A DNA stretch of 64,000 bases from Dehalococcoidia bacterium (GCA_963663025.1 OY760073.1:1833354-1897353); one strand, 5' to 3'. Shown: positions 38,301 through 48,712, counted from the stretch's first letter. The notes: a model not told the origin generated them from the sequence alone. A program made the numbers and translations.

Positions 38301-41300
38301 GGGTGTTGGTACTGCCGGAAGTTGACCAGGCGCTGTTCCCCTCGTCGTTCTTCGCCTTCACCTGCACCTCGTAGCTGGTCCCTTCGGTCAGACCCGTCAG
38401 CGTCGTGCTGGTCCCAGTGCCTGTGAAGGTGTGGGAAGTCCAGTCGGAATCGCTGGTCTTCTTGTACTGCACATCGTAGTCGGAAATGGCAGGCTTGCCC
38501 GTCATGTCCGGGGCTGTCCAGCTTACGTCCAGCTTGGTCTTGGGCGTCGCCGCGTTCTGGGTAACCGTCGGCGCATCGGGAGCGGACGGAGGCTCGTTCA
38601 CGTCGGTAACGTTGATGGTCACCGCTATGGTGTCGTCAGCCGTCGTGTCCGCCGTGCCGCTGGTGTTCTTGCCGTCGGTTACGTTCACCGTGACGCTGTA
38701 GGATGTCTTGGCCTCGTAGTCGGGGATGTTCCCCGTCTTCACGGTGATCTGCCGGGTGGTAGCGTTGAAATCGAACTTGCTGGCGTCGGTGCCCGTCAGC
38801 GAGTAGGTGAGCGTGTTGAAATTCGTGTTATTGGTGTCCGGGTCGGTGGCGGCAGCAATCACCGCGCCAATGTTCGTCCCTGCTGCCGAGTTCTCGGCGA
38901 TGCTCCGCGTGGCGGTGTCGTCGCTGAACTCGGGACCTTCGTTCACGTCGGTTACGTTAATCGTCACCGGTATGACGTAGTTGCCCGGCGCGTTGGGGCT
39001 GAGGCTGGAGCTCTGGACCTGCGCCACCGCCGCCGTCACCGTGACCGTTACGCTGTAGGAGGTCTTGGTCTCGTAGTCCAGGCTTGTTCCCGTCTTCACG
39101 GTGATCTGGCCGGTGCTGCTGGCGATTTCGAACTTGGAAGCGTCGGTCCCGCTCAGCGCGTGGGTCAGGGTGTAGCTGTTGGGGTTAGAGGTAGCGGTGA
39201 CAGCCGCGCCCACGTTGGCCCCGGCGGCCGAGTTCTCGGCCACGCTGCGGGTTACGGCGCCGGCCTTCGTTATGGCTGTGCCGCTGTCGGACCAGGCCCC
39301 ATCGCCCTCGTCACTGCCGGCCCGCACCTGCACCTCGTAGCTCTTGCCCGAGGTCAGACCGGTCAGCGTCGTCGAGTCCCCCGTGCCGGTGAAGCTGTGC
39401 GAACTCCAGGTGGATGTCCCCGTCTGCCTGTATTGCACATCGTAGTCGTCCACGGCGGGCTTGCCCGACATCTGCGTGGTCGTCGGCGCGGTCCACGACA
39501 CATCCAGCTTGCTGGACGGCGTCGTGCTGTTGGCTGCCACCGTGGGCGCGCCCATCTTGGGCGGCTGCTCGTTAACATCGGTAACGTTTATGGTGACCGG
39601 GATGATGTAGTCGCCCGGCGCGTTGGGGTCCACTGACTGCGCGTTTGCGCCCTGCGTCTTTGCGGCCGCTGTGACGGTGACCGTTACGCTGTAGGACGTC
39701 TTGCTCTCGTAGTCCAGGCTGGTCCCGCTCTTGACCGTTATCTGCCCCGTGCTGCTGGCGATCTCGAACTTGGAAGCGTCGGTCCCGCTCAGCGCGTGGG
39801 TGTAGGTGTAGGTGGTATTGCTAGATTTGGCTGTCACCGCCGCGCCCACGTTGGTCCCGGAGGCCGAGTTCTCGGCGATGGAGCGGGTTACTGCGCTGGC
39901 GTCGGTGATGGCGCTGGACGAGTCGGACCAGGGGCCGTCGCCCTCGTGGTTCCCGGCCCGCACCTGCACCTCGTAGCTCTTGCCATTGGTCAGACCGGTC
40001 AGAGTGGTGCTGGTGCCCGTGCCGGTGAAGCTGTGCGAACTCCAGGTGGATGTCCCCGTCTGCCTGTATTGCACATCGTAGTCGTCCACGGCGGGCTTGC
40101 CCGACATCTGCGTGGTCGTCGGCGCGGTCCACGACACATCCAGCTTGCTGGCCGGCGTCGCGCTGTTGGCTGACACCGTGGGCGTACCCATCTTCGGCGG
40201 CGGCTCGTTTACGTCGGTTACATTGATGGTCACGGTGATGGTGTCGTCCACCACATCGTCGGCGGTGTCGTCGCTGGCCTTCTTGTCCTTGACGCTCAGG
40301 GTCAGGGTGTAGGAAGTCGTGGTCTCGTAGTCCAGCGCGGCGGCCACGTCGATGGTCCCGTTGTACTGGCCCAGGCTGAAGTCGCCGACCCCCGTGCCGG
40401 TCATGGAGTAGTACAGCGCGTCATTGTCATCGTCCGTGGCGGCCACCTTGCCCACGTCATCCCCGACCTCCGCGTCTTCCGCGATCGTCAGGGTAATGCT
40501 GTCCGAGGAGAACTCGGGCTCGGTCTGGTCGTGGGTCTTCACCTCGTCGGTGTCCGACCACGCCCCGTCGCCCTCGTCGTTGGCGGCCCGCATCTCCACC
40601 TGGTAATCGGTCTTGTAGGTCAGGCCCGTGATAGCGTAGTACTTCAGGTCCTTGCCCAGGTCGTCCACCTGTGTCCAGGTGCTGTCGCTCTTCTTCTTGT
40701 AACGCACGTCGAAGTGGGTGACGGCCGGCTTGCCCGTCATCGTGGGAGACTGCCAAGTCACCGCTATCTGGTACTTGGGGCTGCTCGCCTGCTGCTTCGC
40801 CGACGGGTCCATCTTGGGCGGAGGCTCGTTTACGTCGGTCACGCTGATGGTGATCGTTATGGTGTCGTCAACCACCGTGTCCGCCGTGCCGCTGCTGTCC
40901 TTCAGGTCGCTGACGCCCACGGTTACGGAGTAGGAGGTCGTGGACGATTCGTAGTCCAGCGTCGTGCCGGAGCCGACCTTTATCTGGCCGGTGGCGCTGT
41001 CTATGGTGAAGGATGATGCGTCGGTGCCGCTCAGCGAGTAGGTCAGCGTGTCGCTCTCGGTGTCGGTGGCGGTGACCGCCGCGCCCACGTTGACATCCGC
41101 CGCCGAGTTCTCGGCGATGCTGCGGGTGGCCGTGTCGGCGGAGAACTCCGGGTCAACGTTCTTGTCCTGCGTCTTGCCTTCGCCGGGGTCCGACCATGAG
41201 CTGTTGCCCTGGCTGTTTTTTGCCTGCACCCGCACCTCGTAGGTGGTGCCCTCGGTCAGGCCGGTGATGGTCGTTTCCAGGGTGCTGCTGCTGTATTCGT

Positions 41301-42570
41301 TGCCCCACTGTATCCAGTTCGTCTCGCTCTTCTTCTTGTATTCCACGAAGTAGCCGCTGACCTTGGGTGCGCCGTAGGTGGCGGTCCAGTCCACGTCCAG
41401 CTGGGTCTTGGGGGTGGTGGTGTTCTGGGTCACCGTGGGCGCGTTCGGCTTGTGCGGCACCGCCGGCGAAGCCGTCGTGGCTTCCGCCACGTCGGAGTAT
41501 TTCCAGCCGCAATGCCCGAAGTCGAGGTGGCTTGAATTGAACCTTATGGCGAACATCACTTCGTAGGTGGTGCTGGATTCAAGGCTCTCGATGGCCTCCT
41601 TTGACGTGTTGGCGTTTACGGTTTTCTCAGACCAGGTGCTGTCGCTCTTTTTTTTCCATTCGATTTTCGCTTGGTCTGCGCTGCCGTTGGCGGAGTTTAT
41701 CGACAACTGGAGAGCATAGAGGCTGTGCGATGGGTTGGTGGATGCGCTGACCGAGAGGGACGACTTCAGGCTGGAGCAGCCCACTCCGGCCGTCTCCAGC
41801 ACCTCTATCTTGAAGGACAGCATGACGGTGTCGGTGCCGTCGGTGGCGGAGTAGCGGTAGGTGGCCTGGGTACTGGTTACCGTCGGCGTTCCCGTGATGG
41901 TCCGCGCCGAAGCGTCGAAGGACAGGCCGGACGGCAGGCTCGGGGAGAGGGAGTAGGTTATCGTTCCGCTGCCTCCGGTGGCCTCCGGCAGGGTCAGGGT
42001 GGTGATGGCATCGTCCTTGTGCCAGGACTGGTCGGAGATGGTTGAGCCGTTGAAGGAGAGGTCGGCGTTCTGGGGCTGCACCGCGGCCTCGATGTCGCCT
42101 TCGGGTTCCGGCGTGGGATCGGGTTCCGGCGTGAAGGGCCCGGCAGACGGGGAGTTCTTCCAGGCGCCCCAGCCCTGGTCGTTCCCGGCGCGCACGCCAA
42201 CGATGTAGGTATTGGCGTTGTCAACGCTGAAGGTGAGGCTGTTGGTTGAAACGTTCGTGTGGTCGTCCACGGGGGCGTGCCAGCTTGCGCCGCCGTCGTC
42301 GCTGTAGGTTACGTGGTACTTGGTCGCTCCTTCGATAGCGGCCCAGCTTGCTGTCAGCGAGCCGTCGGACCGGGTCACCGACACCGAGGATGGCGTGGCG
42401 GGGATCGAGGCCTCCCCCTTGCCGCCCTCGCGCGGGGTCAGGGTGGCGGCCATGGAGCTGAGGAGGAGGCAGAACACCAGGAAGAGGTGCACAGCCAAGC
42501 GTACGGGAGCATCGGGGAGCTTGGCCGGATTCATGGGCTTGGTATCCATAGGGCTATTGGCTGACTGCAA
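35374..42570 (-). CDS. Giant cell-surface protein 2 (2398 aa), a paralog of protein 1 with cadherin-like/FN3 modules, a PT-rich stalk and a C-terminal TM anchor
   Basis: TTG start with GAGGAGGAAG SD. The N-terminal roughly 170 aa and C-terminal roughly 700 aa are near-identical to protein 1, while the central modules are diverged. Confidence 0.9.
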   Translation of the reverse strand: MQSANSPMDTKPMNPAKLPDAPVRLAVHLFLVFCLLLSSMAATLTPREGGKGEASIPATPSSVSVTRSDGSLTASWAAIEGATKYHVTYSDDGGASWHAPVDDHTNVSTNSLTFSVDNANTYIVGVRAGNDQGWGAWKNSPSAGPFTPEPDPTPEPEGDIEAAVQPQNADLSFNGSTISDQSWHKDDAITTLTLPEATGGSGTITYSLSPSLPSGLSFDASARTITGTPTVTSTQATYRYSATDGTDTVMLSFKIEVLETAGVGCSSLKSSLSVSASTNPSHSLYALQLSINSANGSADQAKIEWKKKSDSTWSEKTVNANTSKEAIESLESSTTYEVMFAIRFNSSHLDFGHCGWKYSDVAEATTASPAVPHKPNAPTVTQNTTTPKTQLDVDWTATYGAPKVSGYFVEYKKKSETNWIQWGNEYSSSTLETTITGLTEGTTYEVRVQAKNSQGNSSWSDPGEGKTQDKNVDPEFSADTATRSIAENSAADVNVGAAVTATDTESDTLTYSLSGTDASSFTIDSATGQIKVGSGTTLDYESSTTSYSVTVGVSDLKDSSGTADTVVDDTITITISVTDVNEPPPKMDPSAKQQASSPKYQIAVTWQSPTMTGKPAVTHFDVRYKKKSDSTWTQVDDLGKDLKYYAITGLTYKTDYQVEMRAANDEGDGAWSDTDEVKTHDQTEPEFSSDSITLTIAEDAEVGDDVGKVAATDDDNDALYYSMTGTGVGDFSLGQYNGTIDVAAALDYETTTSYTLTLSVKDKKASDDTADDVVDDTITVTINVTDVNEPPPKMGTPTVSANSATPASKLDVSWTAPTTTQMSGKPAVDDYDVQYRQTGTSTWSSHSFTGTGTSTTLTGLTNGKSYEVQVRAGNHEGDGPWSDSSSAITDASAVTRSIAENSASGTNVGAAVTAKSSNTTYTYTHALSGTDASKFEIASSTGQITVKSGTSLDYESKTSYSVTVTVTAAAKTQGANAQSVDPNAPGDYIIPVTINVTDVNEQPPKMGAPTVAANSTTPSSKLDVSWTAPTTTQMSGKPAVDDYDVQYRQTGTSTWSSHSFTGTGDSTTLTGLTSGKSYEVQVRAGSDEGDGAWSDSGTAITKAGAVTRSVAENSAAGANVGAAVTATSNPNSYTLTHALSGTDASKFEIASSTGQITVKTGTSLDYETKTSYSVTVTVTAAVAQVQSSSLSPNAPGNYVIPVTINVTDVNEGPEFSDDTATRSIAENSAAGTNIGAVIAAATDPDTNNTNFNTLTYSLTGTDASKFDFNATTRQITVKTGNIPDYEAKTSYSVTVNVTDGKNTSGTADTTADDTIAVTINVTDVNEPPSAPDAPTVTQNAATPKTKLDVSWTAPDMTGKPAISDYDVQYKKTSDSDWTSHTFTGTGTSTTLTGLTEGTSYEVQVKAKNDEGNSAWSTSGSTNTQDKNVHAEFPDTTATRSIAENSAAGTNVGAAVTASDTEGHTLYYTLSGTDGAKFNVGLNTGQISVKAGNIPNYEAKTSYSVVVEVSDRKDTDDNADTKIDDTITVTINVTDVNEPPAAPSISVSLNTATPTSVIDVSWTAPDMTGKPALSDYDVQYRQHGASNWSSHSFTGTGTSTTLTGLTSGKSYEVQVRGVNNEGNGAWSDSGTAITKAGGVSRDVDENSAAGANVGAPVTATSNPNNYTFSHSLSGTDASKFEIASSSGQITVKNGTDLDYETKTSYSVIVTVKAAQAGANAQSFSLVPNNPGDYVIPVTINVTDVNEKAKFKDIGLFGVVREIDENSSTGDKVGAPVTATDPDGDTLTYSMIGTDADKFDIDSSTGQITVGSGTTLDYETKTNYLVTVQVSDGKDEDGNADTGIDASAFVNINVNDLDEPPDKPDAPKVTSSGDSDNTTLNVSWTAPDMTGKPAITDYDVQYKKSGDSTWTSHSFTGAGTSTSVTGQVGGVNYDVQVLARNHEGDSSWSDSGSLDNVDPRLPSSPTFSIAENSTGGTDVGTPVTTTDPDGDTLEYSLTGTDAASFDIDGSTGQITLADDASPDYEAKTSYSVTVNVSDKLDSEGAADTEIDHTVAVAINVTDVKEPLGKPGKPTAKKNTTTSITATWTAPDDTGKPPVKRYWVRFWEQGSSYTNTWTVTINEALLDEVPTGGNSSVPMKPGAAYQVEVMAENDEGYGAWSTLATLYTVAVFSDPVPTPTPTPTPTPTPSPTPAPTPTPTPTPSPTPTPTPVPAPGHSYIPAAPVPTPAPTPAPTPAPTPAPTPAPTPVPTAAPTPAPTAVPTPAPTPAPTPVPTATPAPTSIPTPDPTPTPTPTPTPTPVAGQVIANPSAPQRQESQFEVGQPDLNLPVREAADDDSDGLGGAEVDIPEPAPVRDLVVERDPAPSQMSLWWWVALLGLLPLFGFLAILWRRRKGQRLYQA

Positions 42571-42665
42571 CTGCTTCCTCCTCTATCGGGGCCTCTTCCC
42601 AACCGCCAGGACAGGACATGACGCGGTGGTGGGAAGGGCAATGTTCAAGAGCATCACTATGGCTG

Positions 42666-44299
42666 CCCGTTCGCCCTTCGAGTCCCCTCAGGACGAACGG
42701 AGAGCCTGGGACTCGAGGGATGAACGGAGAACCTGGGGCTGGAACAGCCTGTGTATGACAAAGGGCCGCCCCGTCATTGCGGCGTAGGCCGCAACCCAGG
42801 AAAGTCTGGGACTGAGGCAGGTTCCCTACTGCAATGCCTACTGTGATGTTGGAGCCGGACTGGAACCCGGCAGCGCTCCGTCCTGGATTGCGGCCTTCGC
42901 CGCAATGACGAAAGGCGTTGCTGCCCGTTCCCCCTTCGAGTCCCCTCAGGGCGAACGTACAATCGTGGCTTGGAACAGCCCGGGTATGGTGAAAGGCGTT
43001 GCCTTCCGTTCGTCCTGAGCCTGTCCTGAGGCTCTCGAAGGGAGGGACTCGAAGGATGAACGGGGTACCCGGTACTGGGACAGCCTGGGTATGACCAAAG
43101 GCCGCCCCGTCATTGCGGCGTAGGCCGCAATCCAGGAAAGTCTGGGACTGGGGCAGGTTCCCTACTGCAATGCCTACTGTGATGTTGGAGCCGGTCTGGA
43201 ACCCGGCAGAGCTCCGTCCTGGATTGCGGCCTTCGCCGCAATGACGAAAGGCGTTGCTGCCCGTTCGCCCTTCGAGTCCCCTCAGGGCGAACGGAGGACT
43301 TGGGACTCGAAGGATGAACGGAGAACCTGGGACTGGAACAGCCTGGGTGTGGCGAAGGGCCGCCCCGTCATTGCGGCGAAGGCCGCAACCCAGGAAAGTC
43401 TGGGACTGGGGCAGGTTTCCTACTTTGATGCTTGCTGTGATGTTGGAGCCGGACTGGAACCCGGCAACGCTCCGTCCTGGATTGCGGCCTTCGCCGCAAT
43501 GACGAAAGGCGTTGCACTCCGTTCGTCCTGAGGGGACTCGAAGGATGAACGGAGAACCCGGGACTGGAACAGCCTGGGTGTGGCGAAGGGCCGCCCCGTC
43601 ATTGCGGCGTAGGCGGCAATCCAGGAAAGTCTGGGACTGGGGCAGGCTTCTTACTGTAGTGTCTACCGTGATGTTGGAGCCGGTCTGGAACCCGGCAACG
43701 CTCCGTCCTGGATTGCGGCCTACGCCGCAATGACGAAAGGTGTTGTTCTCCGTTCCCCCTTCGAGTCCCCTCAGGGCGAACGGAGAGCCTGGGACTCGAG
43801 GGATGAACGGAGAACCTGGGACTGGAACAGCTTGGGTATGGCGAAGGGCCGCCCCGTCATTGCGGCGAAGGCCGCAATCCAGAAAAGTCCGGGACTGGGG
43901 CAGGCTTCTTACTGTAGTGTCTACTGTGATGTTGGAGCCGGCCTGGAACCCGGCAGAGCTCCGTCCTGGATTGCGGCCTTCGCCGCAATGACGAAAGGCG
44001 TTGCTGCCCGTTCGCCCTTCGAGTCCCCTCAGGACGAACGGAGAGCCTGGGACTCGAGGGATGAACGGAGAACCTGGGACTGGAACAGCCTGGGTGTGGC
44101 GAAGGGCCGCCCCGTCATTGCGGCGAAGGCCGCAATCTAGGAAAGTCTGGGACTGGGGCAGGCTTCTTACTGTAGTGTCTACCGTGATGTTGGAGCCGGA
44201 CTGGAACCCGGCAGCGCTCCGTCCTGGATTGCGGCCTTCGCCGCAATGACGAAAGACGTTGTCCTCCGTTCGTCCTGAGGGGACTCGAAGGATGAACGG
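42666..44299. repeat. REP array 2: six composite units paralogous to array 1
   Basis: Anchors at 42773, 43109, 43367, 43598, 43856 and 44114. Unit lengths are 336/258/231/258/258. Confidence 0.9.
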
Positions 44300-44351
44300 C
44301 ATAGGGATTAGGGGGTTGAGGTTATGCAAGGGGATCCGAAGCCCCTGGAGC

Positions 44352-44374
44352 GGGGGGGGGGGGGGGGGGGGGGG
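44352..44374 (-). repeat. Homopolymer tract: G23 on the plus strand, C23 on the adhesin strand
   Basis: Counted directly in the sequence. It occupies the position homologous to 34931-34948. Confidence 0.9.
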
Positions 44375-44572
44375 TAGTTTCGGCCGTGGGGATGCAGGCC
44401 CCGCAGGCCGGGGTGGTTGCTGCCTTTGCTGTCGTATCCGTCAGGTTCAATGCGTTGGCCTCCACCAGCGATGAACTTACGACTTGCCAGTCCCACACGC
44501 TATGATGTATTTTGATTGCGCTACACGATAAATGTAATAGCAAATAGTTGTTAAATACAATGACTTCTTAAT

Positions 44573-44602
44573 ATATTAGATGCGTGTTGCATTGTTTGTC
44601 AA
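44573..44602 (-). promoter_or_regulatory. Conserved promoter P1 of adhesin locus 2 (TTGACA-18-TAATAT), divergent from marR
   Basis: On the minus strand, -35 is at 44602-44597 and -10 at 44578-44573, matching locus 1. Confidence 0.5.
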
Positions 44603-44675
44603 TAGCAGAGTTGGGAGAATACAAGCAATGAGTTCTGTAGCGGTCCAGATCTATTGATCGGGAGATGTTTGAGGG

Positions 44676-45152
44676 ATGGCGAGCCGGAGACCGCAGGACG
44701 ACCCTGACAGCGCGGCGGAGGACCAGCCGGTTGACCTGGAGCCGTACGTAACCGGCCTGGTTAACGTGGTCGATAAGGGGATGACGAGCGAGGTGCTGCC
44801 CTACGGCATCACCCTGCCCGAGTTCAGCCTCCTCAGGAACTGCATGGACAAGGAAACCACGGCCACCCAGCTTGCCCAGGTCCTGCCGGTTGACGGCGCC
44901 CGCATAAGCCGCTTGGTGAATGTGCTGGTGGACAGGGGTCTGCTGCGCAGGAGGCGCCTGCGCAGCGACAGGCGCATCGTGATGCTCAGCCTCTCCGAGC
45001 GGGGGAGGGAGCTGACTTCCCAGGTGGTCCAGGAGATGGAGAGCTACAACGCCAACCTCATGGAGGGCATCAGCCGGGAGGAGATGCGAACCTTCCTGGA
45101 CGTCGCCTCCAAGATAATCGCCAACTACACAGCCAGCCAGGGGGAGGAGTAG
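44676..45152 (+). CDS. MarR-family transcriptional regulator
   Basis: Winged-helix region TATQLAQVLPVDGARISRLVNVLVDRGLLRRRRLRSDRRIVMLSLSERG. Confidence 0.85.
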   Translation: MASRRPQDDPDSAAEDQPVDLEPYVTGLVNVVDKGMTSEVLPYGITLPEFSLLRNCMDKETTATQLAQVLPVDGARISRLVNVLVDRGLLRRRRLRSDRRIVMLSLSERGRELTSQVVQEMESYNANLMEGISREEMRTFLDVASKIIANYTASQGEE

Positions 45153-45263
45153 CCGGAGGGCCCACGACCTCTACGGGGGATGCGGAGGGCAGCCCGTCTG
45201 CCGGACGAGGCGCAGGCTGCGGAAGGGGACCGTCAGGGGTTGGTGGGCGGTCCAGGTTCCCGG

Positions 45264-46091
45264 CTAAGGCTTCCCTGCCACGACCTCACCGAACGCTATC
45301 GAGCAGATACGTCCGGGATGCTCCCTCCAGGCGGCGTAACCTTCGCGGATGGCGTCGCCCAACTCCTGGGTGGAGGCCCCGTACTTTATCGCCGCATCCA
45401 GGATCTCGGGCGCCAGGAACCACTTGTTGGCGAACTGGTAGATGAACTCGGTGTCCAGGGGTGTGCTGTACACGTCCGATGATGCTGTGATCCGGGGGTT
45501 GGTGAACCCGGCCTCCGTCATGTGGCCCTTCAACTCCTTGCCCATGTTGGGATGGCCGTCGTCGGCCGCCACAAGGTCTTCGAACATGTCCCACCCTTTA
45601 TCCAGGACGCCGAAGTCGGGGTAGTTGTAGCTGGACTGGCAGATCATCTCCCGGCAGCCGATGATGCCGCCGGGTTTCAGGACCCGCTTCACCTCGGCCA
45701 GCACGGAGGCGGTATCGGGAATATGCATGAGCACGTTGTGGCAGTGGGCCACGTCGAAGAAGCCGTCTTCGAAGGGGAGGTCCGTTACGTCGGCGACATG
45801 AAATATGGCGTTGTCCGTTCTGCTGGACATGGCGACGGCCCTGGCCACGTCAATCTCCGCCTCCGCCATATCCACCCCGTGCATCTCGCCGGGCCTGCAG
45901 GCTTCGGCCAGTCCCACCGATATGGTGCCGGGCCCGCAGCCGAAGTCGAGGACGCGAAGGCCGGGCCTCACGTGGGGGAGCAGGTATGCGGCGTTGGCCT
46001 CGGCGGTGTACCGCTTGAGAGCGTCCAACATCTCTTCGCTGAAGCCCATCGTGTAGTCGGGGGTTGCTGATGATGCCTGGTCAACGGTCAT
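45264..46091 (-). CDS. Class I SAM-dependent methyltransferase
   Basis: VLDFGCGPG motif I. ATG at 46091 lies 9 nt after GGAGGGA. The longest ORF form starts at TTG 46127. Confidence 0.85.
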   Translation of the reverse strand: MTVDQASSATPDYTMGFSEEMLDALKRYTAEANAAYLLPHVRPGLRVLDFGCGPGTISVGLAEACRPGEMHGVDMAEAEIDVARAVAMSSRTDNAIFHVADVTDLPFEDGFFDVAHCHNVLMHIPDTASVLAEVKRVLKPGGIIGCREMICQSSYNYPDFGVLDKGWDMFEDLVAADDGHPNMGKELKGHMTEAGFTNPRITASSDVYSTPLDTEFIYQFANKWFLAPEILDAAIKYGASTQELGDAIREGYAAWREHPGRICSIAFGEVVAGKP

Positions 46092-46133
46092 TGGGCAGAC
46101 TCCCTCCGAGATGTGAGCAATTGGCAATAGTGA

Positions 46134-46162
46134 TTATTATAAATGGCCGCATGGACTGTCAA
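46134..46162 (-). promoter_or_regulatory. Sigma-70-like promoter for the methyltransferase (TTGACA-17-TAATAA)
   Basis: On the minus strand, -35 is at 46162-46157 and -10 at 46139-46134. Confidence 0.5.
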
Positions 46163-46208
46163 GTTTGCCGGGAAGCGGGTCGATGAAGAGTAAGGAGGGC
46201 CTTGAGTT

Positions 46209-46498
46209 GTCCGTTCGCCCTTCGAGTTCCCCCTTCGAGAGCCTCAGGACAGGCTCAGGGCGAACGGACAACCCGGCACTGGAACAGCTTGGGTGTGGCG
46301 AACGGCCGCCCCGTTATTGCGGCGGAGGCCGCAATCCAGGAAAGTCCGGGACTGGGGCAGGTTCCCTACCGGAATGCCTACCGTGATGTTGGAGCCAGAC
46401 TGGAACCCGGCAGCGCTCCGTCCTAGATTGCGGCCTTCGCCGCAATGACGAAGGGCGTTGCTGCCCTTTCGCCCTGAGGGAACTCGAAGGGCGAACGG
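46209..46498. repeat. Solo copy of the same composite REP unit (B + A + B) that is amplified in arrays 1 and 2
   Basis: The B hairpin, then GTTATTGCGGCGGAGGCCGCAATCCAGG ... CTAGATTGCGGCCTTCGCCGCAATGAC, then another B hairpin. Confidence 0.85.
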
Positions 46499-46576
46499 GG
46501 GTTATCATCATGGCGCCCGGCTTAACGCAACCCGGGGGCAGGACGGTTATCCTTGGCAGTGCCTGCATGACTAAGG

Positions 46577-47182
46577 TCACTCCTTCCATTCGAGCACCAT
46601 TCGCCTTTGCGCGTCCGTCTCCGGGGACCTGGCCCAGGAGCTCAGGAGTCCTTTCCTCAAGCTCCGTATCTCGTCCAGGGCCTGCTGGCCCGTCATGCCC
46701 CGGCGCACCAGGTAGCAGCCGACGACCAGCCCGGTCCGCCCTATCCCACGCATGCAGTGGACGTAGGCTGTCCCTCCCGAGTCCACAACCCGGTCGATGG
46801 CGTCGAGGGCTTCCGTCATCTGTTCCGTGGTGGCCGTCGTTCGGTCCTTCACGGGCACCCTCCTGTACTCCACCGATGCGCCCAGCCTCCGGGCTTCTTC
46901 ACGGAGCAGGCTTTCGTAGGAAGGCAGGTCTCCCTCCTCCGTGAGGTCCAGGAACAGGGTGGCGCCGGCTTGGATCAACGAGCGTATCTTGCGCCGGTTG
47001 CCCTTCAGGCCCCTGGGACCGTGGACCAGGAGCGCAAGGACGGTGTCGAATATGGTCCGGGCGGTCCGCTTCGGACTCAGGGTTATGAGGGAACCGGGGT
47101 ACTCGCCGGCAATGAGCTGTTGCGGCGCTACCCAGTAGGAGAAGGGAGTGGGCCTTGGAGGTGCGATGCTGGCGTCTCTCAC
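46577..47182 (-). CDS. Dual-specificity/tyrosine protein phosphatase (HCxxGxxR(S/T) family)
   Basis: VHCMRGIGRTG P-loop. The only in-frame start downstream of the tRNA is GTG at 47182. The 239-aa ORF form overlaps the tRNA and is therefore too long. Confidence 0.7.
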   Translation of the reverse strand: MRDASIAPPRPTPFSYWVAPQQLIAGEYPGSLITLSPKRTARTIFDTVLALLVHGPRGLKGNRRKIRSLIQAGATLFLDLTEEGDLPSYESLLREEARRLGASVEYRRVPVKDRTTATTEQMTEALDAIDRVVDSGGTAYVHCMRGIGRTGLVVGCYLVRRGMTGQQALDEIRSLRKGLLSSWARSPETDAQRRMVLEWKE

Positions 47183-47187
47183 AGGAA

Positions 47188-47263
47188 TGGTGGAGCTGGG
47201 GGGACTCGAACCCCCTACCTCTTCAATGCCATTGAAGCGCTCTCCCGGTTGAGCTACAGCCCC
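47188..47263 (-). tRNA. tRNA-Ala (anticodon GGC), CCA encoded
   Basis: Hand-folded cloverleaf: GGGGCTG TA GCTC AACCGGGA GAGC G CTTCA ATGGCAT TGAAG AGGTA GGGGG TTCGAGT CCCCC CAGCTCC A CCA. The G3:U70 Ala identity pair is present. Confidence 0.9.
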
Positions 47264-47309
47264 ACGAGGAACCCCAATATAGCAGAGCTTCCCCATGGGC
47301 GCAACGAAG

Positions 47310-48712
47310 GGGCGCCCGTTCGTCCTGAGGGAACAGGCTGCCCTAGCAATCCGTTCGTCCTGAGGCTCTCGAAGGGCGAACGGGCGGGTGGGCTTTACAG
47401 CACAGCCTATCGTCGTTCCCGTGCAAACTTATCCTCGTGAAAACGGGGTGCCGGAGCCTGCCTTGATTTGCAGCACGGCTGTCCGTTCGTCCTGAGGGAA
47501 CAGGCTGCCCTAACAATCCGTTCGTCCTGAGGCTCTCGAAGGGCGAACGGGCGGGTGGGCTTTACAGCACAGCCTATCGTCATTGCGGCGAAGGCCGCAA
47601 TCCAGGACGGAACGGCAGGGGCCCAGGATGGCTCACACCAATACCCCAAGGCATTGCAGTAGGGAACCTGCCCCAATGACGTACTTTCCTGGATTGCGGC
47701 CTTCGCCGCAATGACGGAGCAGCCTTTCGGAATAAACGGGGCTTTCCAAGCATTGCGCCCCTTACCCCTCCTCCCACTGGTCGCGCCTTTCGACGCACCC
47801 AGCCTCCCCGAAGCCCTGCCCCCTATCGTCGTTCCCGTGCAAACGGGAACCTACCCTGGCTCGCAGCACGACTGTCCGTTCGTAATTCGAGAGCCCCTTC
47901 GAGAGCCTCAGGACAGGCTCAGGGCGAACGGGCGGGTGGGCTTTACAGCACAGCCTATCGTCATTGCGGCGAAGGCCGCAATCCAGGACGGAACGCTGCC
48001 GGGTTCCAGGCTAGCTCCAGCACCACAGTCGTTATTACAGTAGGGAACCTGCCCCAATGACGGACTTTCCTGGATTGCGGCCTTCGCCGCAACGACGGAG
48101 CAGCCTTTCGGAATAAACCGGGCTTTCCAAGCATTGCGCCCCTTACCCCTCCTCCCACTGGTCGCGCCTTTCGACACACCCAGCCTCCCCGAAGCCCTGC
48201 CCCCTATCGTCGTTCCCGTGCAAACGGGAACCTACCCTGGCTCGCAGCACGGCTGTCCGTTCGTCCTGAGGGAACAGGCTGCCCCAGCAATCCGTTCGTC
48301 CTGAGGCTCTCGAAGGGCGAACGGGCGGGTGGGCTTTACAGCACAGCCTATCGTCATTGCGGCGAAGGCCGCAATCCAGCACGGAACGTTGCAGGGGCCC
48401 AGGATGGCTCACACCAATCCCCCAAGGCATTACAGTAAGGAACCTGCCCCAATGACGGACTTTCCTGGATTGCGGCCTTCGCCGCAACGACGGAGCAGCC
48501 TTTCGGAATAAACGGGGCTTTCCAAGCATTGCGCCCCTTACCCCTCCTCCCACTGGTCGCGCCTTTCGACGCACCCAGCCTCCCCGAAGCCCTGCCCCCT
48601 ATCGTCGTTCCCGTGCAAACGGGAACCTACCCTGGCTCGCAGCACGACTGTCCGTTCGTCATTCGAGAGCCCCTTCGAGAGCCTCAGGACAGGCTCAGGG
48701 CGAACGGGCGGG
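47310..48712. repeat. REP array 3: about 3.5 units of a 381-395-bp composite (types A, B and C), with A elements inverted relative to arrays 1 and 2
   Basis: GTCATTGCGGCG anchors at 47579, 47960 and 48353. Type-C anchors at 47827, 48208 and 48603. Confidence 0.9.

Noticed and set aside
25176-42570. A diversity-generating retroelement or cassette-type variation system for the giant adhesins
   Set aside because: The window contains no reverse transcriptase, no template/variable repeat pair with A-specific differences, no invertase and no silent cassettes. The differences between the paralogs look like ordinary divergence of tandem modules.
46577-47296. The 239-aa form of the phosphatase ORF, and plus-strand ORFs 46510..46944 and 46607..47440
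   Set aside because: The N-terminal 38 codons of the 239-aa form are the reverse complement of tRNA-Ala. The plus-strand ORFs are shadows of the phosphatase gene.
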